Source of the DNA: Candidatus Heimdallarchaeum aukensis
GTDB lineage: Archaea; Asgardarchaeota; Heimdallarchaeia; Heimdallarchaeales; Heimdallarchaeaceae
Assembly: GCA_021513695.1 (NCBI GenBank)
Contig: CP084166.1
Location: 2,784,001 to 2,848,000, forward strand
Reading direction: 5' to 3'
DNA: 64,000 nucleotides
Shown piece after piece: positions 48,824 through 59,372 of the stretch (within the stretch, counting starts at the first letter, position 1; the number at the start of each line of letters is the position of its first letter). Below the pieces are notes generated by a model. The model saw only the letters and a program-made list of their open reading frames with translations. It was not told the DNA's origin and made no database searches. The position numbers and the translations under genes were made by a program.

Positions 48824-51800
48824 TTATTTCTCTTCAGCGGAAATAGATGGATAGTCAGATAATCTAAATATTGCTTCCTTCATAGTTTCTATTAGATCAA
48901 TTACTTTTTTGTCTCCTTGTTCAAGTAAATAGTTTGTTGCTGCTTTAATTCCATCAATTAAAGGTTCTGTCATCTCATCAAACTTATACCTTGCTACGAA
49001 ACGAATTATATCGCTTATAACTACTAACCTATCTAAATGTTTTGTCATCTTTTTAAAGTATTCAGGTTCAATGTAACACTTGACTATCCAGTCTTTTCCT
49101 CCTGATATGACTGAGATATTGTCAAATCTATAAAGTGCAGTTACTTCACTCTTAGTTGAAAAAATTTCTTTAGGAATGGTTCCAAGGTCAATATAGAAGC
49201 CTTTTCTATCTGTTGACAGTTCTAAATCTCGATTTACAAACGAATCATGAATTAAACGGATATAATTGTTGATCAGTTTAATTAGAGTGTTTCCTAGAGA
49301 GCGCATATTAATATATAGATTTGTTTCAAACTCCTTTCTGGTTTTACTTTTTGTCCAGGCTCTTTTAACAGTAAGCATAGCGCTTTTAGCATCTTGTATC
49401 ATTTGATTATAAGAATCATCTATAACATAGTCTGGAATTCTACGATAAAGTAAAATGGAGAGAGCAATCTCTAAGAAGTTTTTAGGTAGCTCTTCTAATT
49501 CTCTTTCTCTTACTTCTTTAATTATTGCATCGATTTTTGTTTTACATTCTTCAACACTAGGGGTGAATTGATTGGGTTGGAGTTTTTTATAATGAAAAGC
49601 GTCATCAATCCAGTTTTCGTAATTCTTCCTAATGTAATCCAAGTGAGTATCAATTGTTCCTATTTTAGATTTTACCCAGTGTTGAATATCTGAAAATATT
49701 TTCTTATTTACAGGTTCCCAAGATTTAATCAACTTTCCTCTTATCTTTTTAAGTTCTTTTTCTGCAGAAGTGTAAAGCTTTTTAGCTTTTTCGTTATAAT
49801 GAATATCATTACTTCTTAATTGTGCAAAGGAAGAAAGCAGATCCTGCAATACTTTTTGAACTCTGCTTGAATTTTTATTCCAAATATCATAACAATTGAT
49901 ATGATAATTTTTACTTGCAAAATTTTCAGGTACATTCTTAAACTCTGGAAAAGATGGAAAAGATTCTTTTATCTCTGGTAGTAAATTGGCATTTCTTAAT
50001 TTTGATACTCTCTCTTTTTGGAATAAAGTAATAAGATTATCTAATTTAGCCACTATATCAGATTCAAATTTGAATATCTTCTCTGGATAGCTACTCATCA
50101 TTTTTCTGATGATTGAATTCTTATAACTTGAATTGAGAATCTTGTGATCAATTAAACAAGCAGTAAGTATCTCTGGGTTGGATTCAGCTTGAGAAAGAGA
50201 GAAAACGCTATTATCATATCTAACTGTTAAACCTGGTTTTAGCAACAATTCATAAACAGAAATAGCTCTCTTATCAAATTTTAATTGTATTTTACCAAAA
50301 AAACTTTTTTTGTAAACTACAGGTACAGACTTGATATATGCTTTTAGAAATCCCGTGTTTATAGCTCCACCTATTAAATCTCTTGCTGTTAGACTTAGTT
50401 GTTTACCTATTTCAAGTTCTCTCTTACGAATATCTTGAATATAGTTGGATATAATTGTTGAAAAAATGTATAATGGGATAATCTTCTTGAAAGAATTGAT
50501 GATATATAAATAGATATTACCAAGAGAAAAATTGAAGAACTGATCCTGAACAATTTTGACCAAAGTTGAGATAATTGCTCTCTCTAATGCTTTAGCAAAA
50601 ATAACAGATTCTTCAATATTTGATATTTGTAACCTTTCTCCCACACCAGCATTTTCTATAATTGAGGTAAGCTCTTTCAGGAGATTTTTGCCTACATTTG
50701 TAAGCTTTTGAATTTTGCCTATAATAAATTCTTTCTTAAGATTAAGCGTTGAACCTCCTTTCTTTGACTTCTTTACAGTTTTGATATTTTCTTCAGTAAT
50801 AATAGCAAAAGTAAAATCATTTATGACACTCCATACACTTGGAGGAAGTTCTCTCTCTTTGAATGAACCTATTAATTGACTAAAGAAAAGTCTCGCTCCT
50901 TGAAGAATCAAAGGTTCAGCATCTTCTGTTAATGCATCACAAATTATGTCTCCTTGATTGATAGGGCTTATCTTCTCTTTAATCGTTTTTTGTAATTTTT
51001 GGTATATTTTAACATCTCTAAAATCTATCAAACCCATTAATGGTTTCTTTTTTGCTATGCTTAGAATAATTTCTTTACTTAACTCATCAGCAATAAAAGT
51101 TTCTGCAGAATGGATAGCAGAAATTGAAAGTTTGGAGTAAATTGAATTTATTTTCTTGTCCAATTTTTTACCTAAATACTCATCAATTAGATCCTCTGCT
51201 TTTGGAGAATGCTTTTTTAGATAATTCTCTATTCTAGAAGAGATTTCATCTACTGCATATCTAGGATTTTTATATTGTAAGATTGCAAAAGGATTCTCAA
51301 GAGAAATAATATTTAATATGTCTTGAGAAAGCATTTGAATAATAAGTTGACGTTTAAATGAATTAATCGTTCCTTTATCCCATGACTGTTCTTCTTCTTT
51401 TAACCATGCTTCTAAGTTTTTCATTTGAAGAAGAGTAGGGTAAATATCAGGTTGTGTAGCTGCTTTTTCTATGTGGTCATTAATCAAGTTGATGAAAACT
51501 GAGCTATTTTCTTTTATGCTGATTTTTTGCCTTGCAATTGTGCAAGCATTAAGAAATGATTTGGATACATAGTCTGGGGAAACAGTTCTTCCCGATTCTA
51601 CATTATCATAAAAATTAGGTGTAAGTGTGATAAATTTACCAAATGATAATGCTAACTCCTGTACTAAACTTTCATCCTCAATAGAAATTGTATTAGCTGT
51701 TTCTGATCGAACAATATATTGAACAACGATATTTGTTTCTTCGCTAGGCATGGTAAAACTACCAAAGCGAACAAATTCGTTCTGACCAGTCATAAATTGT

Positions 51801-51970
51801 GAATCACTGACATTAACTTCTGTAGTCATTAGACTTTGCAAAGATAATAATATTCCTTGCATCATGCTTGAATCTTTAGGCAAATGACCTACTGAAGCAA
51901 AGCTTATTCCCGCATCACTACCAACAGAAATCCATAAATCATAGGGATACTCTTTACTCATATTTCTCAC
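48824..51970 (-). CDS. large hypothetical protein (1048 aa), no recognised catalytic motif
   Basis: Uninterrupted 3.1-kb ORF, predicted soluble. The N-terminal ~110 aa are faintly longin/roadblock-like. The rest is helical-repeat-like. Confidence 0.5.
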   Translation of the reverse strand: MRNMSKEYPYDLWISVGSDAGISFASVGHLPKDSSMMQGILLSLQSLMTTEVNVSDSQFMTGQNEFVRFGSFTMPSEETNIVVQYIVRSETANTISIEDESLVQELALSFGKFITLTPNFYDNVESGRTVSPDYVSKSFLNACTIARQKISIKENSSVFINLINDHIEKAATQPDIYPTLLQMKNLEAWLKEEEQSWDKGTINSFKRQLIIQMLSQDILNIISLENPFAILQYKNPRYAVDEISSRIENYLKKHSPKAEDLIDEYLGKKLDKKINSIYSKLSISAIHSAETFIADELSKEIILSIAKKKPLMGLIDFRDVKIYQKLQKTIKEKISPINQGDIICDALTEDAEPLILQGARLFFSQLIGSFKERELPPSVWSVINDFTFAIITEENIKTVKKSKKGGSTLNLKKEFIIGKIQKLTNVGKNLLKELTSIIENAGVGERLQISNIEESVIFAKALERAIISTLVKIVQDQFFNFSLGNIYLYIINSFKKIIPLYIFSTIISNYIQDIRKRELEIGKQLSLTARDLIGGAINTGFLKAYIKSVPVVYKKSFFGKIQLKFDKRAISVYELLLKPGLTVRYDNSVFSLSQAESNPEILTACLIDHKILNSSYKNSIIRKMMSSYPEKIFKFESDIVAKLDNLITLFQKERVSKLRNANLLPEIKESFPSFPEFKNVPENFASKNYHINCYDIWNKNSSRVQKVLQDLLSSFAQLRSNDIHYNEKAKKLYTSAEKELKKIRGKLIKSWEPVNKKIFSDIQHWVKSKIGTIDTHLDYIRKNYENWIDDAFHYKKLQPNQFTPSVEECKTKIDAIIKEVRERELEELPKNFLEIALSILLYRRIPDYVIDDSYNQMIQDAKSAMLTVKRAWTKSKTRKEFETNLYINMRSLGNTLIKLINNYIRLIHDSFVNRDLELSTDRKGFYIDLGTIPKEIFSTKSEVTALYRFDNISVISGGKDWIVKCYIEPEYFKKMTKHLDRLVVISDIIRFVARYKFDEMTEPLIDGIKAATNYLLEQGDKKVIDLIETMKEAIFRLSDYPSISAEEK

Positions 51971-52222
51971 ATAACCTTAATGTTCCCCAGACACTAGATC
52001 TAATATATAAAGCGTGTCTTATATTCTTTTCGAGTGAAATTACTCCGAGAACTAGTTTGTTTACATCATTTTTAAATGATTTTTTAGATTCTGAATATAT
52101 TCAGAAAAGATACAGTAAGGTTCAAGTAATTCTCAACAAAGTTTAAAGGAAGAAAAACCAAGAAATAGAAAAAATATGTTATACTTATTTTTCGAGAACG
52201 ATTTATATTCTTTTTTTGATTA

Positions 52223-53056
52223 TTATAACGATTTAAGAGCTCTATACCAATATTTTTTACCTTTTTCTTTCTTTTCTAGATCCATGTCATGTAATATTTT
52301 TACAGCTAAATTAGCTGCTTGAATAGCTTCTTTTTCTCCTTTTGTTGCAAATTCATTAGTTACTCTATTAGCGTAAACCGCACAAATTGCTCCCGTACGC
52401 AATCCATAAATTTGTCCCAAAGTAAATATGTGAGAAGCTTCCATCTCGAAGTTAAGAACACCCATTTTCTGTAAATCGGGGACAATTAAATCTGTTTTAC
52501 TTAATTTGTAATCGTTGACTCCAGGACGTCCTTGACCTAGATAAAAACTAGATGAAGAAGCTGTTATTCCTAAATGGTATCTGAACCCTAATGTTTCACA
52601 AGCTTCGATGAGAGCGAGAACTACTTCATAATGAGCCATTGCTGGATATTCTGGAAGAACATAAAAACCACTTGAACCTTCCATTTTCACTGCTCCACTG
52701 CTAATAATAAGATCCCCTAACTCTATTCCTGGTTGGATAGCTCCTGAAGAGCCCACACGGATGAAAGTATCACACCCTATATTTACCAACTCTGTCATAG
52801 CAATTTCGCAAGCAGGAGTACCAATACCTGTAGAAGTAACGCTTATTGGAACACCATGTACTTTTCCTGTATAAGAGTAATATTGCCTATGCGCTGCAAC
52901 TTGATGCATCTCTTCCCAAGTAGAAGCTATTCTCTTAGCTCTCTCTGGATCTCCTGGAAGTAAAACAGGACCTTTTAAATCTCCTGGTTTACATTCAATA
53001 TGGTATTGCATTCCTTGTTCAAAAATAGGTTTATCAGCAGACACTTTTTTAGACAT
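52223..53056 (-). CDS. udp: uridine phosphorylase (PNP/UDP family 1 nucleoside phosphorylase)
   Basis: Block-by-block match to Udp: LPGDPERAKRIA, STGIGTPACEIAMTEL, FIRVGSSGAIQP, GITASSSSFYLGQGR and GVLNFEMEAS. Confidence 0.8.
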   Translation of the reverse strand: MSKKVSADKPIFEQGMQYHIECKPGDLKGPVLLPGDPERAKRIASTWEEMHQVAAHRQYYSYTGKVHGVPISVTSTGIGTPACEIAMTELVNIGCDTFIRVGSSGAIQPGIELGDLIISSGAVKMEGSSGFYVLPEYPAMAHYEVVLALIEACETLGFRYHLGITASSSSFYLGQGRPGVNDYKLSKTDLIVPDLQKMGVLNFEMEASHIFTLGQIYGLRTGAICAVYANRVTNEFATKGEKEAIQAANLAVKILHDMDLEKKEKGKKYWYRALKSL

Positions 53057-53060
53057 TCTT

Positions 53061-54326
53061 TCACTTCCTAATACTTTTTAAAATTTCTAAAGCCTTATCA
53101 TATGTTATCTCTTTTAATTCTATAAGTTTACTGGCTACTTTCTTGATTTCCTTTCCTTGAGCTCCTACAGTTACAGCAAGATTACGAGCATGAAGAGACA
53201 TATGACCTGCTTGTATTCCCTCACTTGCAAGTGCTCGAATAGCTGCTAAATTCTGTGCTAACCCTACAGATCCTGCAACAATAGCTAATTCTTCAGCAGT
53301 TGAGACATTAAGAATCTTGAGTAGAGTCTTATAAGTGGGATGAACCCGAATCGCTCCTCCTACAACTCCAACAGAAAGAGGTAATTCTAAATAACCTACG
53401 AGATCTCCATTCTCATCCTTTTCAAATTTAGATAATGAAGAATATTTTCCGTCTTTTGAAGCATATGCATGAGCTCCTGCCTCAATTGCTCGAGTGTCGT
53501 TACCAGTGGCAAGCATAACTGCAGTGATACCATTCATAATTCCTTTATTATGTGTAACTGCCCTAAAAACATCATGTTTAGCAAAGTCATAGGCAAATAA
53601 GATATTTTCAACTGCTTTATCTCCCCCTAGGAGCTCTTTGTCAAATGTAGCTTTGACTTTAACCATACGCTTAATTGCGTAATTAGAAAGAATTCTAAGT
53701 AATACTTTACAATCAACAATACTTTCAATAAAAGGTTGTAATTTTTCTAACATAGTGTTAACAGCGTTTGCACCCATAGCATCTTTAGTATCTACAATTA
53801 GATGCAAAATGAAATATTCTCTTAGATCTCCTTTAACTCTTCTCACTTCTATATCCTTGGCTCCTCCACCCAGCTTTACTAGAAATTCATTCGTAGAATT
53901 GGCTATCTTTAAAATTTTTTCTTTATTTGAATAAATTTTTTGTTTTACTGTTTCAAAAGAATCAGAAGATAAAAGCTGTATTTGTCCAATAACTATTGAA
54001 CCCGTATACTCTGCAGTAAATCCTCCTTTTTTTCTAGCTATCTTTGCCGCATGACTAGCTGCAGCAACAACAGAGGACTCTTCAATAACCATAGGGATAA
54101 GATAGTCCTTACCATTAATCTTGAAATTTGTTGCAATACCAACAGGAAAAGGTATTTTTCCAATAGTGTTTTCAATCATAACTTCAAAGACAGAATCACT
54201 AATTTCTTGATCTTGTAAGGATTTAAAGTCATGCTCATTTAGATTAACCATAGAAGAAATAATTTTCCTTCTTTCTTCTTGAGAATAAGAATAAAATTTC
54301 GGTATTCTTGAATTAAGGGTCATCAA
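53061..54326 (-). CDS. hmgA: hydroxymethylglutaryl-CoA reductase (NADPH), class I
   Basis: ENTIGKIPFPVGIA, EESSVVAA, DAMGANAVNT and GVVGG motifs. Confidence 0.9.
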   Translation of the reverse strand: MMTLNSRIPKFYSYSQEERRKIISSMVNLNEHDFKSLQDQEISDSVFEVMIENTIGKIPFPVGIATNFKINGKDYLIPMVIEESSVVAAASHAAKIARKKGGFTAEYTGSIVIGQIQLLSSDSFETVKQKIYSNKEKILKIANSTNEFLVKLGGGAKDIEVRRVKGDLREYFILHLIVDTKDAMGANAVNTMLEKLQPFIESIVDCKVLLRILSNYAIKRMVKVKATFDKELLGGDKAVENILFAYDFAKHDVFRAVTHNKGIMNGITAVMLATGNDTRAIEAGAHAYASKDGKYSSLSKFEKDENGDLVGYLELPLSVGVVGGAIRVHPTYKTLLKILNVSTAEELAIVAGSVGLAQNLAAIRALASEGIQAGHMSLHARNLAVTVGAQGKEIKKVASKLIELKEITYDKALEILKSIRK

Positions 54327-54406
54327 GAATAGAAACTAAGCAGAAATTAAAAAACTTTTCAAAATAAGATTTAACAAGACAAAAGTTTGAAGAATGGTAA
54401 AAGAAA

Positions 54407-54625
54407 TTATAATTCTTCTAAAACTTGGATTGTTTTGTCTTGGAATTTTCGCATGATGCGAGTAACATAACCTGCAATTCTATTTCTCATGTGTTTTGTC
54501 ATAGGACTGCAAACTTGTTCAACAACATGCTTGTTATTCTGAAAATCTAAATTTAATTGATCATGAAAGTCTCTAACTATTTGTTTAGCGAGTTTTTTGA
54601 TTTGACTTGTTCTTACATTACCCAT
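54407..54625 (-). CDS. rps17e: 30S ribosomal protein S17e
   Basis: MGNVRTSQIKKLAKQIV...LDFQNNK...RNRIAGYVTRIMRK matches the S17e consensus. Confidence 0.85.
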   Translation of the reverse strand: MGNVRTSQIKKLAKQIVRDFHDQLNLDFQNNKHVVEQVCSPMTKHMRNRIAGYVTRIMRKFQDKTIQVLEEL

Positions 54626-54775
54626 TTAATTCACCTAGGATTGGAATCTATCGTTAGCTTTTCTTGAATTCAATGGAATTGGTAGGAATTTAAAACTTTT
54701 GTTCATTTAGAATTATTAGGTTCAGTGAAAAAGATATTTAACATAATAATTCCGACAGAAAAAGTAAAAATTGGT

Positions 54776-55543
54776 TTAGAAATAAAATTGCTCATCTACA
54801 TGTACAATTATTCCATTTTTTGTAATAGTGAACGGTCTTTCCATCATCTCATGCTTTTGTCCACGCATTTTTCTAATATTAAGACTTCTTACACCTAGTG
54901 TGTTGACAAATTTGTAATTAAGGACAATTACTCCTTGACTCATGAATTCTTCTACACCAAAACGGGAAACTTCGGTTCCTGCCATCTCGCTGGTTAATAT
55001 AGTTGTACAATCCAAGGAACTCATAACTGCAGAAAGCTTAAGTATTTCTCTTCGAATTTGTTGTTCACTAGCCATCGAAAGAGCTAGAGCAGTAATGCTA
55101 TCGATAACTACTCTTTCTGCTCCAATTGCATCTATAGTTGTAATTAATTGATTAATGAGTTCATCTACATCCACAGGAGTTTGATATTTCTCGTTTGAAC
55201 TCACTCCTGCTCTAGGACTAAAACCATCAATTATAACTAATAAATCCTGTTCTTCAAGTTCTCGAAGATTCCAACCAAAATTAAGACACTGCTGTCTTAC
55301 GTGCTCTGGGTGTTCATCAAATGAAACAAAAATACCTGTTTCTCCCGCCGAGACAATACCGTGATAGAGAAATTGGTGACCAAAAGTAGACTTTCCTCCA
55401 CCAGCAGGCCCTGCTAATAATATTGTTCTCCCTTTGGGAAGACCGCCACCCAAAATTTTGTCTAGTCCTGGAATACCTGTTTCTACTAATTCCATCATTA
55501 CCACAAAAAAATAATAAATAGGAAATAATAAGTTTTTGCACAC
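54776..55543 (-). CDS. KaiC-like/RecA-superfamily ATPase (single KaiC domain)
   Basis: GIPGLDKILGGGLPKGRTILLAGPAGGGKSTF. The likely true start is the MMELVE Met (~55495). Confidence 0.8.
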   Translation of the reverse strand: MCKNLLFPIYYFFVVMMELVETGIPGLDKILGGGLPKGRTILLAGPAGGGKSTFGHQFLYHGIVSAGETGIFVSFDEHPEHVRQQCLNFGWNLRELEEQDLLVIIDGFSPRAGVSSNEKYQTPVDVDELINQLITTIDAIGAERVVIDSITALALSMASEQQIRREILKLSAVMSSLDCTTILTSEMAGTEVSRFGVEEFMSQGVIVLNYKFVNTLGVRSLNIRKMRGQKHEMMERPFTITKNGIIVHVDEQFYF

Positions 55544-55582
55544 TGCAAAGTCTTTTCAGAATCAAATTAAATATTCTTAAAT

Positions 55583-57427
55583 TCAGTCTATAATGCCATC
55601 CTCTACTTCATCAACGTTGATTATTTCTTCTCTCTTAGGTAAATGCCAACCTCCTCCTGGAGTTTTAATAACTACCGTTGGTTCACTAGTTTGATCAATA
55701 AAAATTAACAGTTCTACGTTGAATTTCTTCTTTACATATGAAGAAGCTTCCACCACAGTATATTTTCCATCCACTAAATAAATAATTGAGCCTAGTACTG
55801 CTTTTTCCACACAAGAGCTCTTTTCATCTACAATTCCTACCCTCGCGGTTAAGTCCCAGTTCATGGTCCTAATTAAAGGAACAAATCCAATATTCTTGAT
55901 TTTTATTGTTTCTGAAGAAAGAACGTAATAGGGTGATCTCATTTCTTTTGGATATTCTTTAAGAAGTTTTGGCGATGAACTTACAAACTTTTTTAGCGCA
56001 GATTTGGAGCTCCTTAGTTTAAGAACAGGTTTATAGGAATCTTTGATTTTTGGAGATTTTTTAATAAGCTTATTATAATAATCCTCAATGGTTGTTTTCA
56101 ATTCTGGTATTCCAGAGAAAAATAGCCAAGTAAGAAATTCTAAACTTAAAATGCATAATCCATAGTTCTCAGAATTAAGAGCAAGATGAAAAGATTGTTC
56201 AAACATTAATCGTGATTGAAAAGTTTTCCCTTGTTGCATGAACTTAAAACCAATTTGATTAATGAACTCTATGTCTTCATAACTTCTTGGTATAGCTTCT
56301 TCTTCAATTTCTCCATTGCTCAAAACTACAGAAAGTAGAATAAGTGTGTGTACTAAATTAGCTAAATCTGGTCTGTTTCTCCTAACACATAAATCTTCAA
56401 AGGCTGGAGTAAAATAAGAAGGAAGACGGTGAATTTGTTCTGTTAACAAGAGTAAAATTATTCTTAGAAAATGGATTTCCATATCTAAATCAGTAACAAC
56501 AGCAGTGCTCTGGAAGAAGATCATTAAAAGTTCATCCATGTAGACTCTTCCGAGTTCAAGTTCTTTATTTTCAATAAGACAGATACATGCAAGATAAAGA
56601 AGACGACTTAAAAGAACCAAAGAGGAATTGTAAATTGGATGATCTTCTATATCAGAGGAAGCTAAACGCCAATCTACTATAGCATCTATTATCTCTCTTA
56701 CTCGAGAAATCAGTTCTGGTTGTAGTTCTTCGTACTTTTCTTCTCTGAAATCTGTTTCAAAAATACTGAGATCCTCCCACACTTCAGAAATTAATTCTTT
56801 TAGTTGCAAAGCTTGTATAGAAAACTCTTCTTTACTGATGTCTCCTTCTTTGATTTCACTTATCTTTTCTTCATATTCAGCTTTAATTACAGAAATTGCT
56901 GAATCAAAAATTTTAGAGATGCGTTTAACAGGGTCATAACGGTTTGTACTGCTTACAGAATAACGAATCTCGGCACTAAAAAGTTTTCTTTCTAATTCTT
57001 GAAGAAATTTAAGAGAAGAAGAATCATCACACTTCTCAATAAGATAACGAACAAAAGCACTATCAATATAGGATTGAATGTTTACTAATTCTGCAGTTTC
57101 AATAAGTTTAATGTCGCTACTAACTATCTTTGCTTTGAGTTTGTAAGCTACATAAATTACACTCAAATCAGGTTTTTGAGGAACACTAGGTGTGAGTGAA
57201 TAAAGTCTTGTTAGAAATTGGTTAAAATCTTCTGTATCTACCTTTTTAACTGTAATATGTGGTTCAAGTTCTCGAAAAAGAAAGTGTCTCATCTCACCTT
57301 TTATATAAGAAGTGATGACAATCTTTATCTTAAGTTTCTTTACTATTTGAGCAAACTTTGAGTACTTTTGGGGTTCAGATTGAAAACCTGAAATAAAGAA
57401 GTTAGTGTCAACTACAAATGTTTCCAT
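55583..57427 (-). CDS. PIN-domain protein with a large C-terminal extension (614 aa)
   Basis: The N-terminus VVDTNFFI...SYIKGE...IYVAYKLKAKIVSSD shows a PIN-like acidic triad arrangement. No motif was recognised in the C-terminal 450 aa. Confidence 0.5.
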   Translation of the reverse strand: METFVVDTNFFISGFQSEPQKYSKFAQIVKKLKIKIVITSYIKGEMRHFLFRELEPHITVKKVDTEDFNQFLTRLYSLTPSVPQKPDLSVIYVAYKLKAKIVSSDIKLIETAELVNIQSYIDSAFVRYLIEKCDDSSSLKFLQELERKLFSAEIRYSVSSTNRYDPVKRISKIFDSAISVIKAEYEEKISEIKEGDISKEEFSIQALQLKELISEVWEDLSIFETDFREEKYEELQPELISRVREIIDAIVDWRLASSDIEDHPIYNSSLVLLSRLLYLACICLIENKELELGRVYMDELLMIFFQSTAVVTDLDMEIHFLRIILLLLTEQIHRLPSYFTPAFEDLCVRRNRPDLANLVHTLILLSVVLSNGEIEEEAIPRSYEDIEFINQIGFKFMQQGKTFQSRLMFEQSFHLALNSENYGLCILSLEFLTWLFFSGIPELKTTIEDYYNKLIKKSPKIKDSYKPVLKLRSSKSALKKFVSSSPKLLKEYPKEMRSPYYVLSSETIKIKNIGFVPLIRTMNWDLTARVGIVDEKSSCVEKAVLGSIIYLVDGKYTVVEASSYVKKKFNVELLIFIDQTSEPTVVIKTPGGGWHLPKREEIINVDEVEDGIID

Positions 57428-57523
57428 TAATACTACTATAAATCATTAGCACATAAAACATTTTTGCAAATATTAGAAAAGTAAAGACTAAAAAAATTAA
57501 TATCAAATGGACAATCTACAAAT

Positions 57524-58432
57524 TTATACTATATTGTAATAAAGCTCTGTTAACCCTTCTTCTAAACGTATTTTTGGATTAAAATTAAGTTCTTTTTGAG
57601 CTTTAGAGATTGAACAATAGCTGTGCTTTATATCTCCAGTTCTTGGCTCGGTGTAATTTATTGGCAGGTCCTTCTTTGCAATTTTGAGAAGTAAATTTGC
57701 AAGTTCTAGTATCGAAGTTTGCTTTCCTGTACCTATATTATAACTTTCTCCGTTGGATTTGTCGTTTTTTAAGACTAGTTCTATAGCAGAAACAACGTCT
57801 TGGACATGTATAAAATCTCGTGTTTGTATTCCATCGCCTTCAATAATTGGTGAAGAATTAAGGTGAATTCGATGTATAAATTTACTAATAACTCCAGAAT
57901 AAGGATCATCTATTTTTTGTAGTTTGCTGTAAAGGTTAAATAGGACAAGAGATGTAGTAGGAAGATTATATAAAGAATGATATAGCATCGTGTAACGTTC
58001 TCCAACAAGTTTAGATAAACCGTAGGGAGAAAGAGGTTCACGTGGATGTTCTTCAGTAATTGGAAGAAATTTTGGTACTCCAAAAGTAGCTGCAGAACTT
58101 AAATAAACGAACTTTTTGATATCTCGTTTTCTGGCAAATTCAAGCAAATTTAGTGTTCCTTCAATATTTGTCTTAGCATCAAATAAAGGCTCTTTCGTGG
58201 ACTTTTTAACTGAAATTTGAGCAGCTGTGTGAATAATGAAATCAACTTCAGGAAGAGAAGAATAAATAGAAGCATCTAATATGTCTCCTTTAATAAATAA
58301 ACAGTCATTAGGAGGTGCAATTTTAGCGTTAGATAAATTATCTAGAAGAACAAACTCATAATCATTTTTTAGATATTTGTAGATATGCGCACCAACCTGA
58401 CCTAGACCTCCAGTCACGAGAATTTTATCCAT
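57524..58432 (-). CDS. NAD-dependent epimerase/dehydratase (UDP-glucose 4-epimerase-like SDR)
   Basis: ILVTGGLGQVGAHI Rossmann motif and a catalytic YGLSK (YxxxK). Confidence 0.8.
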   Translation of the reverse strand: MDKILVTGGLGQVGAHIYKYLKNDYEFVLLDNLSNAKIAPPNDCLFIKGDILDASIYSSLPEVDFIIHTAAQISVKKSTKEPLFDAKTNIEGTLNLLEFARKRDIKKFVYLSSAATFGVPKFLPITEEHPREPLSPYGLSKLVGERYTMLYHSLYNLPTTSLVLFNLYSKLQKIDDPYSGVISKFIHRIHLNSSPIIEGDGIQTRDFIHVQDVVSAIELVLKNDKSNGESYNIGTGKQTSILELANLLLKIAKKDLPINYTEPRTGDIKHSYCSISKAQKELNFNPKIRLEEGLTELYYNIV

Positions 58433-58515
58433 AAATATGGATATTAGAACGTGTAATTAAATTTTTTTATAATGATTCATTTCTTCTTTCTTGAGTAACC
58501 TTTATAATCTTAAAT

Positions 58516-59211
58516 TTGTTGACTAAGCTTATGTCAAAACTTGGTCAATCTATGGTATTAACAAAAATTTTTCAAATCACAGGAGGAATCATTTTAATCT
58601 TGATATCAATTGCTGGTATGATCGATACTGAAAAAACTTTACAAATTATGCGTTGGGTTCTATCTTCTATTCTGATTATATTTTCAATTTCAATAATACT
58701 ATATACTTTCTTGGCAATAGAGAAAACTGAAAAAACAAAGCGCATTCTCTTTATAGTAACTAGTGTTATTGTTCTTGTTCTAGGTATACTTCCTATGATC
58801 TTTGGTTCTGTAGCTAGTCAAATGATAACAATAATTTTAATGGTTATAATGTTTGTAACTGGATGTTTACGTATTTCAATAGGCTTCAAATCATCTACGC
58901 TTCCCAGATGGAAAACTAACATTTACATATTGGTAGGCTCTGTTGCTGCAACACTTTCGTCTGTAGTACTAATCTTTTATTCAAGATCAGTCACTTCTTC
59001 TGTTGTCTTCTTTTTTGCATTTCTCCTTACTTTAACAGGAGGGACTCTTATTCTAGATGGTATAACTAAACCCAAAGAAGGTCATTATAAAATTAGAGAA
59101 GAGAAAGAAGAGCAAAAAGGTGAAGAAAAATTAGAAACTAAAACCGAAGAAAAATTAGAAGAGCCCACTGAAACTGAAACAGAAGATATCAAAGAAACAA
59201 ATGACGAGTAA
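58516..59211 (+). CDS. multi-pass membrane protein with an acidic K/E-rich C-terminal tail
   Basis: Six predicted TM helices, then EEKEEQKGEEKLETKTEEKLEEPTETETED. Confidence 0.5.
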   Translation: MLTKLMSKLGQSMVLTKIFQITGGIILILISIAGMIDTEKTLQIMRWVLSSILIIFSISIILYTFLAIEKTEKTKRILFIVTSVIVLVLGILPMIFGSVASQMITIILMVIMFVTGCLRISIGFKSSTLPRWKTNIYILVGSVAATLSSVVLIFYSRSVTSSVVFFFAFLLTLTGGTLILDGITKPKEGHYKIREEKEEQKGEEKLETKTEEKLEEPTETETEDIKETNDE

Positions 59212-59372
59212 TTTTTACTCTTTTTTCTCCTTTTTTACTTTTTTTGTTATTATAAGAACATGCCAATAGGAAACTCGTTAAACTTATTTACTCCAATTAA
59301 AGCATGGGTTGGGCATTATAGCAAAAATATTAAAAAGGTATGACAAATTGGATTGATGTAGAGAAATAATGG

